Source of the DNA: Podarcis pityusensis | Lineage: Eukaryota | Assembly: GCA_964106645.2 (NCBI GenBank) | Contig: OZ067047.1 | Strand: one strand, 5' to 3' | Length of the DNA stretch: 64,000 bases | In this document: piece by piece, positions 24,828 through 35,992 of the stretch | Layout of the letters: each line of letters opens with the position of its first letter | Numbering within the stretch: the stretch's first letter is position 1 | The notes under the pieces: model-generated | Told to the model about the DNA's origin: nothing | The model's input: the letters and a program-made list of their open reading frames with translations, nothing else | Database searches by the model: none | Position numbers and translations under genes: made by a program

Positions 24828-27800
24828 ATGGCAGCCAACAGCAGCTTCTCGCCATTCAACCCAGCATCTGGAGACTGGGAAGCGTACGCCTCCCGTTTCA
24901 CCTTCCTCCTAGAAGCCAAAGGGGTCACCGACGAAGAAGACGCCAAGAAGAGGGCGATATTCTTCAGCGTCTGCGGAGAGGAGACGTTTGAAATCGCCCG
25001 GGCTCTCCTTGCGCCTGAAGACGTCGCTACTGTTCCATACAAAACAATAATGGAACAGCTGAAGGGGCACTTTTCGCCGCAGCCCTCAGTGGTGGCTCGT
25101 CGAAATGCCTTCTACGCAAAGCGGCAAGCCCCTGGGGAAACCATAACTGGGTTTGTGACCTCTCTCCGCCAAGCCGCCCGGTTCTGCAACTTCTCAGAGC
25201 TGGAGAACATGCTTCGTGACCGCCTCGTCGGTGGCCTGAAGGATGAGAAGCTGCAACGACGCCTCTACGCTAAGAAGGACCTAACGTTCCAGGTCGCTCT
25301 GGAGGAGGCCCTGGCAACAGAAGCTGCCGAGAGGTCGACCCAAGAGGCACGGCCGAGCCTGCCATCCCAACCGAGGGTCCACCATGAAGACCTCACCGAC
25401 GACTCAGGATCCGACAGGGAGGAGGTGCACCGAGTACAGCAGCGCACTCAAGCAGCGCACAGACCACAGCTGCCTCGACGAGAAGGAGGGAACTGCGCAA
25501 GCTGCGGGGAGAGTCACGAGAGGAGGACCTGCCGTTTCCGCAACGCAGAGTGCAGGCAGTGCAGAAAATCGGGACACATCGCCCGGGTGTGTCGGGCTCG
25601 GCCCACCCGACACCAGGCATCAGATGACCAATCCAAGAGCCCCAGGTCCCGGGGCCCAACGCACCAAGGCAACTCGACGGAGCTCACGGACTTCCAGGTA
25701 TACCAGTTGCCCCACCCCAACGTAGAGAAAATTTATGTAGAGGTACAGATAGAGGGGGCCCCATGCCGCATGGAGCTTGACACGGGTTCAACTCTATCCA
25801 TAATCTCGGCAAGGACCTTAAGGAAACTGTGTCCCACTGGGGGTCCCAAACTCAGGCCGGCCCCATTCACCCTCCGGGACTTCCAGAAACGTAAGGTCCC
25901 CACAATGGGGGTGGGGACCTTCAGGGTGCAATACCGAGGGCGGACGCGGCAACTGGACTTGCTTGTGGTCAAGGGCCCCTACATTAGCTTACTGGGATTG
26001 GCATGGTTTGGACCACTGGGGCTAGCTGTCACCGGGGTGAACCACACTAGCTTACAAGTGGACGTGGACGCCATATGCAAGGAATTTCCAGGGGTTTTCG
26101 ATGGGAAATTGGGACAGTATACGGGCCCCCCCATTGCGCTACAGCTTGACCCCGCAGTACGACCGGTCAGGCTCAAGGCCCGCCGGGTCCCGTTCGCCTT
26201 GAAACCCCGTATAGACGAGGAATTGGACCGACTCGTAGAGCAAGGAGTGCTGGAGCCGGTGCCTAATGCTCCCTGGGAAACCCCAATCGTCACACCCGTC
26301 AAGCCTAATGGTTCGGTCCGCATCTGCGCAGACTACAAATGTACCATAAACAAGGCCCTCACGGCCCACGCATACCCAGTGCCAGTGGTCAGCCATGTCC
26401 TTGCCACCCTGGCTGGGTCGAAAATTTTTGGCAAGCTGGACTTGGCCCAAGCATATCAACAGCTGCCAGTAGATGAGGCCACAGCAGAGGCACAGACGAT
26501 TGTGACGCACAGAGGAGCGTTCAGGGTAAAGCGGCTGCAATTCGGTGTCAGCGTGGCACCAGGCATATTCCAGAATATAATGGACTCTCTCCTTAAAGGG
26601 ATTCCTGGCGTCACCCCCTTCTTCGATGATGTGTTGATTGCCGGCCCCACACCAGAGGAGTTTGAGGACCGCCTCCGCACCGTTCTGCACCGTTTCCAGA
26701 CGGCGGGTCTCAAGGTGAAGCGGGAAAAATGTCTACTAGGAGTGCCTCAGGTGGACTTTCTGGGATTTATGGTGGACGCAGAAGGGGTCCACCCGACTGG
26801 GGACAAGGTACGGGCCATTTGTGATGCCCCAGCGCCCAAGAGCAAGACTGAACTTCAGGCCTTCTTGGGACTATTGAACTTTTACCATTCCTTCCTTCCC
26901 CACAAGGCGGCGGTAGCGGAGCCCCTACACAGACTCCTGGACAAGCGGGCCCCTTGGGTGTGGGGCCAGCGCCAGGAGGCCGCATTCCAGGCAGTCAAGG
27001 ACTTGCTTGTCTCAAACTCGGTCTTGGCACACTTCGACGAGAGGCTGCCGGTGGTGCTAGCATGCGACGCCTCACCCTATGGCATTGGAGCTGTCCTGGG
27101 GCACCAACTCCCGGATGGAAGAGAGGTACCGGTGGCGTACTTTTCCCAGACACTCAACACCAGACACTTTCCCAGACCGGTGGCGTACTTTTCCCAGACA
27201 CTCAACACAACCGAGCGGAACTACTCGCAAATCGACAAGGAGGGTCTGGCAATCGTAAAGGGAGTAAAAAAATTCCATGATTTCTTGTACGGGCGGCCCT
27301 TCACCGTGGTGACTGACCACAAGCCGTTGCTTGGCTTGTTTGCCCCCGAAAAGCAGACCCCCCAAGTGCTGTCTCCTCGCGTCCTCAGGTGGTCAATTTT
27401 CCTTGCCAGCTACCAGTATGCACTGATTCACCGACCTGGGAAGGCGATGGGCCATGCGGACGCCCTCAGCAGGCTACCACTACCGGAAACAGGCCCTGAC
27501 CCAGCACCTGCACAAGAGGTTATGAGCCTGGAGCTGCTTCCCGACCGCCCCATTCAGGCACAAGAAGTTGCACACCATTCCAAGAAAGATAGGGTCATCT
27601 CCCGGGTCCTGGACTGGGTGTGGAGGGGATGGCCCAGCAGCAGCCCCGGGCCAGAATTCGCCGGCTACACAACCCGCAAACATGAACTGTCGGCCCACAA
27701 GGGGTGCCTGTTATGGGGAAGCAGAGTCGTTGTTCCCCAGCCCCTCTGCAAAAGGGTCCTCACAGCCCTACACGAGACACATCCAGGGGTAGTAAGAATG

Positions 27801-28952
27801 AAGGCCCTTGCCAGGAGTTATGTGTGGTGGCCGGGGATCGATGGAGAGATAGAGGCCTGGGTCAAACACTGCCAGGCCTGCCAAGAATCCCGCCCAGATC
27901 CCCCAAGGGCCCCAGTCCAGTCCTGGGAGTCCGCCCGAGCACCATGGTCACGCCTGCATGTGGATTTCGCTGGCCCCTTTCAGGGGAAAACATTCTTCAT
28001 AGTGGTGGACTCCTACACCAAATGGCTGGAAGTCGCACTGGTACCGTCCACTTCCACGTCCGCAGCCATCCGGGTACTACGCAGGCTGTTTGCAACCCAC
28101 GGGCTCCCTGACACTCTCGTCTCAGACAACGGGACTGCATTTACGTCAGGAGAATTCCAAACCTTCACAGCGCAGAACGCCATCCGCCACATCCGTTCGG
28201 CGCCGTTCCACCCTGCCACCAATGGCCAAGCAGAACGCATGGTGCGGACCACCAAGGACACCCTTCGCCGCATGACGCAAGGGGACTGGGAGTACCGCCT
28301 TGCCACATTCCTTCTAGCACAGCACAGCACCCCCAGCTCAACGACTGGCCGGAGCCCCGCTGAACTACTAATGGGTCGGCGCCTTGCAATCAGATTGGAC
28401 CGCCTTCACCCCGATAGAGCTCAGGATGAGGTAGTGGTGGGGGAAGGCAGGAACCCCCGGACCTTCGAGGCCCAGGACCCAGTGTACGCAAAGAATTTTG
28501 GGGCAGGCCCAGCATGGGTACCCGCCACAATCACCAGGGTCACTGGCCCCGTGTCGTACGAGGTGCTAACGGATGGGGGGCAATGCTGGCGCCGCCACTG
28601 CGACCAGATACGGCGACGATTCCCGGGAGAAAACCAGGAGGAGGACAGGTCAGAGGAGTCCCAAGGGAACAGCGGGGCAGTGAGGCCCATAGAGCAGGAG
28701 GGGCCAGCAGGAGAGGCAGAATCAGTAAATACAGAGAGGACCCGTGAGGCCGAAAGGACACCGGAACCAGAACCACGACTGAGCGAGCCGGTTGCACCAG
28801 ACCAAACAGCCGCATCACAGCCAGCATCCTTGGAACACGAGCCAGAACCCGGAGCCCGGACCAGGGAACACCCCAGGCCACAACGCACACGTAGGCCGCC
28901 GGCATACCTTGAGGACTATGAATGCGACCTCCCGGGCAGGACTGGAACTTAG
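24828..28952 (+). CDS. Gag-Pol polyprotein, 1374 aa (K02A2.6-like)
   Basis: Two zinc knuckles (CASCGESHERRTC, CRQCRKSGHIARVC), protease LDTGS, RT LDLAQAY..FFDD, RNase H DAS..DKEGLA..TDH..DALSR, integrase HETH..CQAC with D(FAG)/D(NG)/E(RMV), and a GPVSY motif. No env or chromodomain. Confidence 0.97.
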   Translation: MAANSSFSPFNPASGDWEAYASRFTFLLEAKGVTDEEDAKKRAIFFSVCGEETFEIARALLAPEDVATVPYKTIMEQLKGHFSPQPSVVARRNAFYAKRQAPGETITGFVTSLRQAARFCNFSELENMLRDRLVGGLKDEKLQRRLYAKKDLTFQVALEEALATEAAERSTQEARPSLPSQPRVHHEDLTDDSGSDREEVHRVQQRTQAAHRPQLPRREGGNCASCGESHERRTCRFRNAECRQCRKSGHIARVCRARPTRHQASDDQSKSPRSRGPTHQGNSTELTDFQVYQLPHPNVEKIYVEVQIEGAPCRMELDTGSTLSIISARTLRKLCPTGGPKLRPAPFTLRDFQKRKVPTMGVGTFRVQYRGRTRQLDLLVVKGPYISLLGLAWFGPLGLAVTGVNHTSLQVDVDAICKEFPGVFDGKLGQYTGPPIALQLDPAVRPVRLKARRVPFALKPRIDEELDRLVEQGVLEPVPNAPWETPIVTPVKPNGSVRICADYKCTINKALTAHAYPVPVVSHVLATLAGSKIFGKLDLAQAYQQLPVDEATAEAQTIVTHRGAFRVKRLQFGVSVAPGIFQNIMDSLLKGIPGVTPFFDDVLIAGPTPEEFEDRLRTVLHRFQTAGLKVKREKCLLGVPQVDFLGFMVDAEGVHPTGDKVRAICDAPAPKSKTELQAFLGLLNFYHSFLPHKAAVAEPLHRLLDKRAPWVWGQRQEAAFQAVKDLLVSNSVLAHFDERLPVVLACDASPYGIGAVLGHQLPDGREVPVAYFSQTLNTRHFPRPVAYFSQTLNTTERNYSQIDKEGLAIVKGVKKFHDFLYGRPFTVVTDHKPLLGLFAPEKQTPQVLSPRVLRWSIFLASYQYALIHRPGKAMGHADALSRLPLPETGPDPAPAQEVMSLELLPDRPIQAQEVAHHSKKDRVISRVLDWVWRGWPSSSPGPEFAGYTTRKHELSAHKGCLLWGSRVVVPQPLCKRVLTALHETHPGVVRMKALARSYVWWPGIDGEIEAWVKHCQACQESRPDPPRAPVQSWESARAPWSRLHVDFAGPFQGKTFFIVVDSYTKWLEVALVPSTSTSAAIRVLRRLFATHGLPDTLVSDNGTAFTSGEFQTFTAQNAIRHIRSAPFHPATNGQAERMVRTTKDTLRRMTQGDWEYRLATFLLAQHSTPSSTTGRSPAELLMGRRLAIRLDRLHPDRAQDEVVVGEGRNPRTFEAQDPVYAKNFGAGPAWVPATITRVTGPVSYEVLTDGGQCWRRHCDQIRRRFPGENQEEDRSEESQGNSGAVRPIEQEGPAGEAESVNTERTREAERTPEPEPRLSEPVAPDQTAASQPASLEHEPEPGARTREHPRPQRTRRPPAYLEDYECDLPGRTGT

Positions 28953-28962
28953 AGGGGAGGGG
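28951..28962 (+). promoter_or_regulatory. Polypurine tract
   Basis: AGAGGGGAGGGG abuts the 3' LTR and overlaps the pol stop codon. Confidence 0.92.
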
Positions 28963-29292
28963 TGTTATGTACTGAGTTGAATAGGATCCAAACTGTAGCA
29001 GTCTGATTGGTCCTAGAACAATAGGATTCAGAATGCAGCAGTCTGATTGGTCCTAGAACAATGCAGCAGTATGATTGGTTGGCAGGAACCACCCAATCCT
29101 GCTCCAGATAGAAGTGAATCCACAACCTGATTGGCTTACAGTAGAATTCCAGAATTAGCCAATCATGTGCAGCCCATTGTGTAAATAATGTATATAAAGC
29201 AGATACTGTGAGGGGACATTTATTCATTCCTCCTCACCACTATGAGCTGAATAAAGAGCATGAAATCACTTTGCGACTCTGAGTATATTTCA
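28963..29292 (+). repeat. 3' LTR (330 bp)
   Basis: Identical to the 5' LTR and followed by TSD TCTCC. Confidence 0.98.
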
Positions 29293-30898
29293 TCTCCCAT
29301 CTTACAAAATGGTGGAGATTCAGCTTGGTTCATCATTAATTAAAGAAGAGTAAGAAAATCTGCAGTCAGATTTTTCAAAATCTAATCATTATTATGCCTA
29401 TTGACGCCTGCCTTTAAATAGAAAATATTTCTTCATCTCCTAGGACTCCTCTTTCTGTTTCAATGGTTTCATAAGAGCTGTTTTCTACTTCATGATTTTT
29501 ACTGACATGATCGATCCCATTGGTGATGCCTAGAAGCAACATAAAATGTGGAAAATATATATCAAGTTATGGGTCAGTCCTGAAATCTGGGCTCATCTGG
29601 ATATACTCTGGTAAAATGCAGAAGTGACCAAAAAACAGGACAAATATTTGAGAGGATGCCTCCTTGGAAAGACTGGACTTGATATTTTTAAAGTCCCCAG
29701 TGGGCACATTATTTTCCAAAAGCAACCCAGAAATAGATTCCTATTTCCATTTATTGAATCAAGCAAATAGAGTGGACCTTTAAAAAAGAAAACAAACCAA
29801 CAACCTGATGTGTCCACATTTCAGGACAAGTCTTTGAAACATACTTATTCACATTCAGAAAGAAACGTAAGAAAATAAGAAAATCCTTCCTGGATCAGAC
29901 CAATGTCATAATGTTTAAATGAGTGAGGTTGTCCCCTGTGCACCACTGAATTTGCAAACACTTCCCCAAGGACCTCCATGCTTCCCCCTAACAATACCCT
30001 TCCAAAATAATGCATGGCTGGTGACTCATCCACCCCTTGATTTTAGTCTTCCCTGGGCTCCCTGGTTCTGGAGAGCTGTACAGGAAGATGAGTTTAGCAA
30101 ACAGCTTCTCTTCCACATCCAGCTCCACCCGCCTCTCTTGCCAAGAGGGTTATAACCTTGTCATTATAGATGAACAGCTCCATATTCTTGCTGCATCTAT
30201 TACCCAAACAGCCAAGCTGTTTAATGACCTACCATTTGGGAACAAGGCGTAAAGACCCCTTGGCAGGCAGCTTCTGCAATTTTATGCTTATATATGGTTA
30301 GGTTATATTGCACCTATGCCCTTCTGCTTATAAACCTCTATCATGTAAATATACAACATAGGTAACAGTTACCAGGTTGTCCCCAGGAGATGTACACTGC
30401 ACCTTTCAAACTGTCACCTCACTTAAATTCATTCCTTTTGTCTGATTCACTTCCCCCCGCAGCTGTGCAACACATCCAGAATCTTGCTCACTGCCATTGT
30501 TTCGAATCTGCAGCATGAATTTCAGGGATGCAACCTGGGAGCCCAAACGCCCTGACTCAAAAGCAAGGTCTTCTCACTTTGTGATAAAAATTATAATGGA
30601 GATTTAAATAAGAACAAATTCCATGGAATTTTATGCACAGGGATTGATATTCCTGTGTTCAGTTGCATCTGCACACTAAATCCCACTTATATCAGTCAGA
30701 CCAATGCATGCCAATTCTTTCAAACTATGTGGCTGTCCATGTTTCCTTATTTATTTATTTTAATTTAGCTCAGAAGAATTATATACTGTTTGATTGTTAA
30801 ACCAATAACCTCAAAGTGATTTACAAAAAGATAATATCACAAAATCGGGGGGCGGGGGCGGGATTACAATACCTTAAAACATACAAGAAGTTCAAATA

Positions 30899-31123
30899 CA
30901 GTGGTACCTCTGGTTATGTACTTAATTCATTCCAGAGGTCCGTTCTTAACCTGAAACTGTTCTTCACCTGAAGTGCCACTTTAGTTAATGGGGCCTCCGT
31001 TACTGCCGTGCCGCCGCCGCACGATTTCTGTTCTCATCCTGAAGCAAAGTTCTTAACCTGAGGTACTATTTCTGGGTTAGTGGAGTCTGTAACCTGAAGC
31101 GTATGTAATCCGAGGTACCACTG
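30899..31123 (-). mobile_element. Tigger/pogo-like MITE, copy 2
   Basis: TA-CAGTGGTACCTC...GAGGTACCACTG-TA; reverse orientation relative to 10600-10840. Confidence 0.9.
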
Positions 31124-33077
31124 TACTAAACAAATTAAAATTCACATGCTTCACATGGATGTAGTCATATATAATGGCAAGCAGGCTTTAAAAAAAGAAA
31201 AAGCATTAAATCCAGGTTTGTCATGAAATGGGATGCAGATACATCCTTTTGCCTAGCCCTCCTTTCTATTCGCTGGTCAACAGGAAGCTGCATTGTTGTC
31301 TAACAATATGGAGCCAAAACCTCTGCCAAATTGCCGGCTTTGAACCCAGTAGAACAGGCTCCTCTGAAGACCATGCATCCCATTTATTGGTATTAATGTG
31401 CGCAGATGGCTTTTTCAAAGCAACATATTTTTATGATATAAACATTCATCCATTAAATGCTGCTACTGAGACTATAGCTGATTATTTTGCACTGGTTTCC
31501 TTTGGGAAGTCCAAATCATTCTCCTGCTGTTGAGAACCCGGAGAACATTTTTATTGCAAGTGACACAGCTGCTAAAAATATATTTGAAATAAAAGTTAAA
31601 TACAGGCCGGCCTCTGGATTCCAGAGGACATCTCACTCATCCCCAAAACAAACTTAGAACATAGGCTCCCTCCCAAAGATGAAGCTTAACGAAATAAATA
31701 TTCCAAACTGTCAGAGGCGGACTGCATGCATCACTTTTCAACCTCTGAGGTTTCATTTCTGAATGATCCCATTAAACTTATCACCCACCCACCCCAAGTA
31801 TTTCCAGTCAATAGCAGCAAGCTGGCTTAAGGACATGCTGCTTTGAGGGTGATCAGCCCTCTGAACCGTAGGGTTCAGTAGGAAGTACTGCTTCTTTGAG
31901 CCACTTCCTGTTATGCTTCTTGTTCTCACTTCGCCACTGCTTGGATCACCATCTGGAAGACTTCAGTTTATGCTAAGCAGAGAGGAGGGCACTGCCAACG
32001 AACAGGAAAAACAAGAGGGTGTGGAAGTCTCTGGGAGCTGAAGAAAGCAAGGAGGAAAGGGCTACGTAACCTCAATATTATTTCAGGGGGGAAACCCTCT
32101 GCTTCAAGAGCAGCTATGAAACCTCTCTTATAAATATAAGTCAATAAATATAGTTACATCTTATAATGAATCCATTGCCTTGCACCCATATTCCAAAATT
32201 AAATATCCCACATATTCAACAGTTTGTGTCAAGTTCCAGCTTTCTGGAAACAACTTGCAGGTTCCCCCACCAGCCCTACAAGAGTGAAATAGTATAGGTA
32301 TATCATGGAAAGTTAGCTACAGATAGTTGCAATGACTGTGTACCTGTCCAATGTTTTCAATGAAACACCCACTAACCATTTAATTACTTCTATTTTGAAA
32401 GCAAAGCGCTATTGATTCCATTTTTGCTTAACAAGGCGTAGAGTAATAGTATGCCATGATTATCCACACTTACTGTACCTTTCCTCTGCTCTGTCCAGAC
32501 ACAGAAATAAATAGTTCATGTGTGCTATAATAGTCCTTCAACTGTAAATATGATGGCAGTTGAAAATATGTTAAAGTTGGATGTCCAATGATTTCTGTGT
32601 CCTCTCATTAAAATATGTTTATCTCCACATCAGAGCAAAGATCGGTTTATTCAATTTGTAGGAAGGGCTTGTAAAAATAGCCTGATTTTAGATAAGAATT
32701 GAACACTTTTGAACCAGCCCTATTTACTTTTCAAGGTCAAGCTAACTTTGCAATGGGCCTCTCAAGCCAAGTTATTTGTCTGCGCTGCCTGCTACCTGAA
32801 TGGTTCTGGACAAAATATAATTTAGTTTAACGTCTTACGATTACTTGAGTAACTACAGAATTGCTTAAACAGGAAGAAATTTTAAAATGGTGTTTGTTTC
32901 AGCTAAGAAATGCTAATAGCAGAAGATGCATTTTTATCAGAGAGTAACCAGTGCACATATGGATGGTAGAATGTACACCATCAAATTCCAAGACCAGTTT
33001 ACAGCCTATAGCTGTGAGATTGAAGTTATTTTAAATCACACTGCAGCTTTAGTGTATGGTGAACTGCTAACAGAGTA

Positions 33078-33433
33078 AAAGGTAAAGTAAAGGGACCCCT
33101 GACCATTAGGTCCAGTCGTAACCAACTCTGGGGTTGCGGTGCTCATCTCGCTTTATTGGCCGAGGGAGCCGGCGTACAGCTTCCGGGTCATGTGGCCAGC
33201 ATGACTGAGCCGCTTCTGGTGAATCAGAGCAGCGCACGGAAACACCATTTACCTTACCGCCAGAGCGGTACCTATTTATCTACTTGCACTTTGACGTGCT
33301 TTCAAACTACTAGGTTGGCAGGAGCAGGGACCGAGCAATGGGAGCTCACCCCGTCGCGGGGAGTCGAACCGCCGACCTTCTGATTGGCAAGTCCTAGGCT
33401 CTGTGGTTTAACCCACAGCACCACCCACATCCC
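33078..33433 (-). mobile_element. Sauria SINE, full length
   Basis: Complete from head to tail; 12-bp TSD GCTAACAGAGTA at 33066-77 and 33434-45. Confidence 0.95.
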
Positions 33434-33654
33434 GCTAACAGAGTACATCACCACATAGATGTGGCCATTCCAAAATGCAGTGCTCATATTATTGCGAAAA
33501 AGCTAGCTCTACCCCCTGATTTCCCTCACTTTAGCCAAACGATCCCCCCTTCTGTAGCCTTCTAAAAGAAAGTAGCTGGGCAGAAGAGGTCATAATCTGT
33601 AAGGAGGGTGCACAGATAGCAAATTACTATTTACACTGTAACTGGGACATATGG

Positions 33655-33813
33655 GACATATCCACACCATTCAATTAAAGCACCCCCTACAAGAATCCTG
33701 GGAACAGCAGTTTGCCCCTAATAGAGCTACAGTTCTCAGCACCCTTAACAAATTACAGTTCCCAGGATTCCTTGGGGAAACCATCTGATTTAAATTTGCT
33801 TTACATGTATGTT
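33655..33813. mobile_element. PIF/Harbinger (Chompy-like) palindromic MITE
   Basis: Inverted arms agaatcctgggaac...gttcccaggattc; same family as 60497-60689. Confidence 0.6.
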
Positions 33814-34787
33814 GTGGAGTTGACCTTGAAGTAGTCCCCACATGACAGCCATAGAGTGTAAACTGGCTTCTCTCTTTGACTAACTAGACAAATAGGAAAA
33901 GCTGTTATGACTGCGCTGAGGTAGGAAGGTGCTGCCAGTTTTGTGCCCTGCTGGCTACCAGGGCATGTGGACAGCCAATGCCCTCCTAGACAGTGAGACA
34001 CACCCCACAGAGGAGGCCACTCATTGGCCAGTTTGAACTGCAGCAGCTGCCAGGAACTTGAGCCATCTGCCCAGGAGGCCAAGGGGAATTCCCTCAATGG
34101 CCACCCAGCCATGTGTGCTCTGTTTTCTTTTACTGCCCTGGGATGGTGACTGAGCTCAAGGAGCCACAACAGCCACCCACCCAGGAAAAGGGGTAAGCGT
34201 CCATTCTAGTTACTCTGAGCTACTCCTGAGCTATTTCTCTGAGCTGCTCTAAGAAACAGAATTCTAATTTACATAATTTGTTGCATAGTTTGTACAGGGA
34301 GCAGACTTTGGCTTTTCTTGGAGCACGATTTTGATATCCTTGGCACATTTTGGTTTCCGAATGCTGCTCCTAGTTATTCAAAGTGGGTGAAGCTAGCAAT
34401 GGGTAGCTGTGAACCCAGCAGAAACTCCTGGGTTTTCTTCTGCACTCACCTCTCTAGGATCTGTCACACTCCATCTCAGATAACCAGGCACAAGGGAGGT
34501 TGGGGAACTACAGGGAATTTACAGCTTATACGCATTTAACTTGCATGCATTCAGGTTTACTCTCTTGGCAAAAAAGGAGGCAGAACAGGGGCAGGTGTTT
34601 GGGGAAAAAGACACTGACAATCCCACCTGCTATTGAACCTAATATGTTATGACAATATATGACTATATATGATTTTGGCTTCACGTGCTATCTCCAGAAT
34701 GTAACCCTCGTGTCCACTTGTATTTCCTGCTTCCTTATATTGATCTGGTTCTGAAATGGTTTGAAGTTCAGGAAAATGCAATTGACT

Positions 34788-35307
34788 CAGAGCTTAGAAG
34801 GTTCATGTTTTAAAAAGAAATAGGTATAGTTCTAGTTCATCATGTCCAAAAAGGAACTGATTCCTTTTTGATGTTCATCCCTTTGCAAAATGAACTGCTG
34901 CAGTTCACAATCAGCTCGAAGTTCAGTTCACAGTTCATCCACATGATCCTTGGCATTTCCCCCCCTCAGCATTCATAAAGTTTCAAGCTACTGTACTGAA
35001 CTATAAAATATACATGTGCAGACTCAGTAAACATAAAAATAAAACACACACAGTGGAGTGTTAATTGTTTACATTGTGTTTCCCAACAATTTAAGCTTAA
35101 CAGCCCAAGGAGTAAAGAGTTATAAAAAATGGATGTAAGAATGAATTTGAAGATGAACTAGAAGTTGTTCAAAGTTCTACCAAAAAATGAACTTCATTCA
35201 TGTTCCATTCACTGGCAGTTATGGGAACTACTTTCTGGTATAGTTCAGAGATGTTTGAACTAATTCAGTTAACTCAATTAAATCTAACGGATTCATTCCA
35301 AGCACAC
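34788..35307. mobile_element. Old non-autonomous hAT-like element with GTTCA/GAACT subterminal motifs
   Basis: Termini CAGAGCTTAGAA and TTCCAAGCACAC. Flanking near-TSD aattgact/cattgact. Many gttca motifs on the left and gaact motifs on the right. Confidence 0.5.
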
Positions 35308-35892
35308 CATTGACTCAAACATTCCCACCTCCTCCCCAACTTCTCTTATGAATTTCTCTTGATGAATTGCATCTAGAAGAGCATTAGTAATCATTATCAT
35401 TTCATGGACTTGAATTTTGTGAATTCTTTCAAAGCCTGAGAGTTGTGATTGGGTATCCTATTTTTAACCGTAATGAGCTTTACAGAGGTTCAAGATAGCA
35501 TCTGCCTTTTGGAAAACTGGGCTTTGCTTCAAGTTCAAAGCCAGGCAAGTTTCAACTATGCATGCTGAAGTATTTATTCCTTATTTGGCTCAAACTCTTT
35601 TCCATAGCATTGTTCATCCCAACAATCCTTGGACTATATATAATAGATGCAAAGGTTGGTATGAGAAGAAGCATTTAGCATTCATCCAGTCTTGTTCTCA
35701 TGCATATATATCTGATTTTATTTGTACACTGCCTTTCCACAGTCCAAGCCATGCTCAAGGCGGCTTATGACATGGAAAACCAAAAAAAAAAAGCATTGCT
35801 GCAAGATAACAAAAGTAGTCGTGAAATAAGACATTAAAAAGTATACGACCAAACTCAACAATTTCCACTTCAATCACAAGATTAAGATCTTG

Positions 35893-35992
35893 TGGGCTGG
35901 CATGTTGTTTGGGAGGGGTTATTGCTGTGGTTTTTTTAAGAAGATACAAAAAAACCACAGCAACAACCCCTCCCAAACAACACACCAGCCCA
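35893..35992. repeat. Long inverted repeat (45-bp arms, 10-nt loop)
   Basis: 35893-35937 is the reverse complement of 35948-35992 with 3 mismatches. Confidence 0.9.

Larger units (their letters stand above)
24373..29292 (+). mobile_element. Full-length Ty3/Gypsy LTR retrotransposon (Mag/K02A2.6-like)
   Basis: Two identical TG..CA LTRs, 5-bp TSD TCTCC (24368-72, 29293-97), PBS, PPT, and a single gag-pol ORF with domain order PR-RT-RH-IN. Confidence 0.98.

Noticed and set aside
24341-29227. Overlapping and antisense ORFs within the Gypsy element, including the twin MNKCPLTV ORFs at 24341-24637 and 28949-29227
   Set aside because: Shadow frames of a GC-rich coding region and duplicates caused by LTR identity; no recognisable domains and no env-like features.
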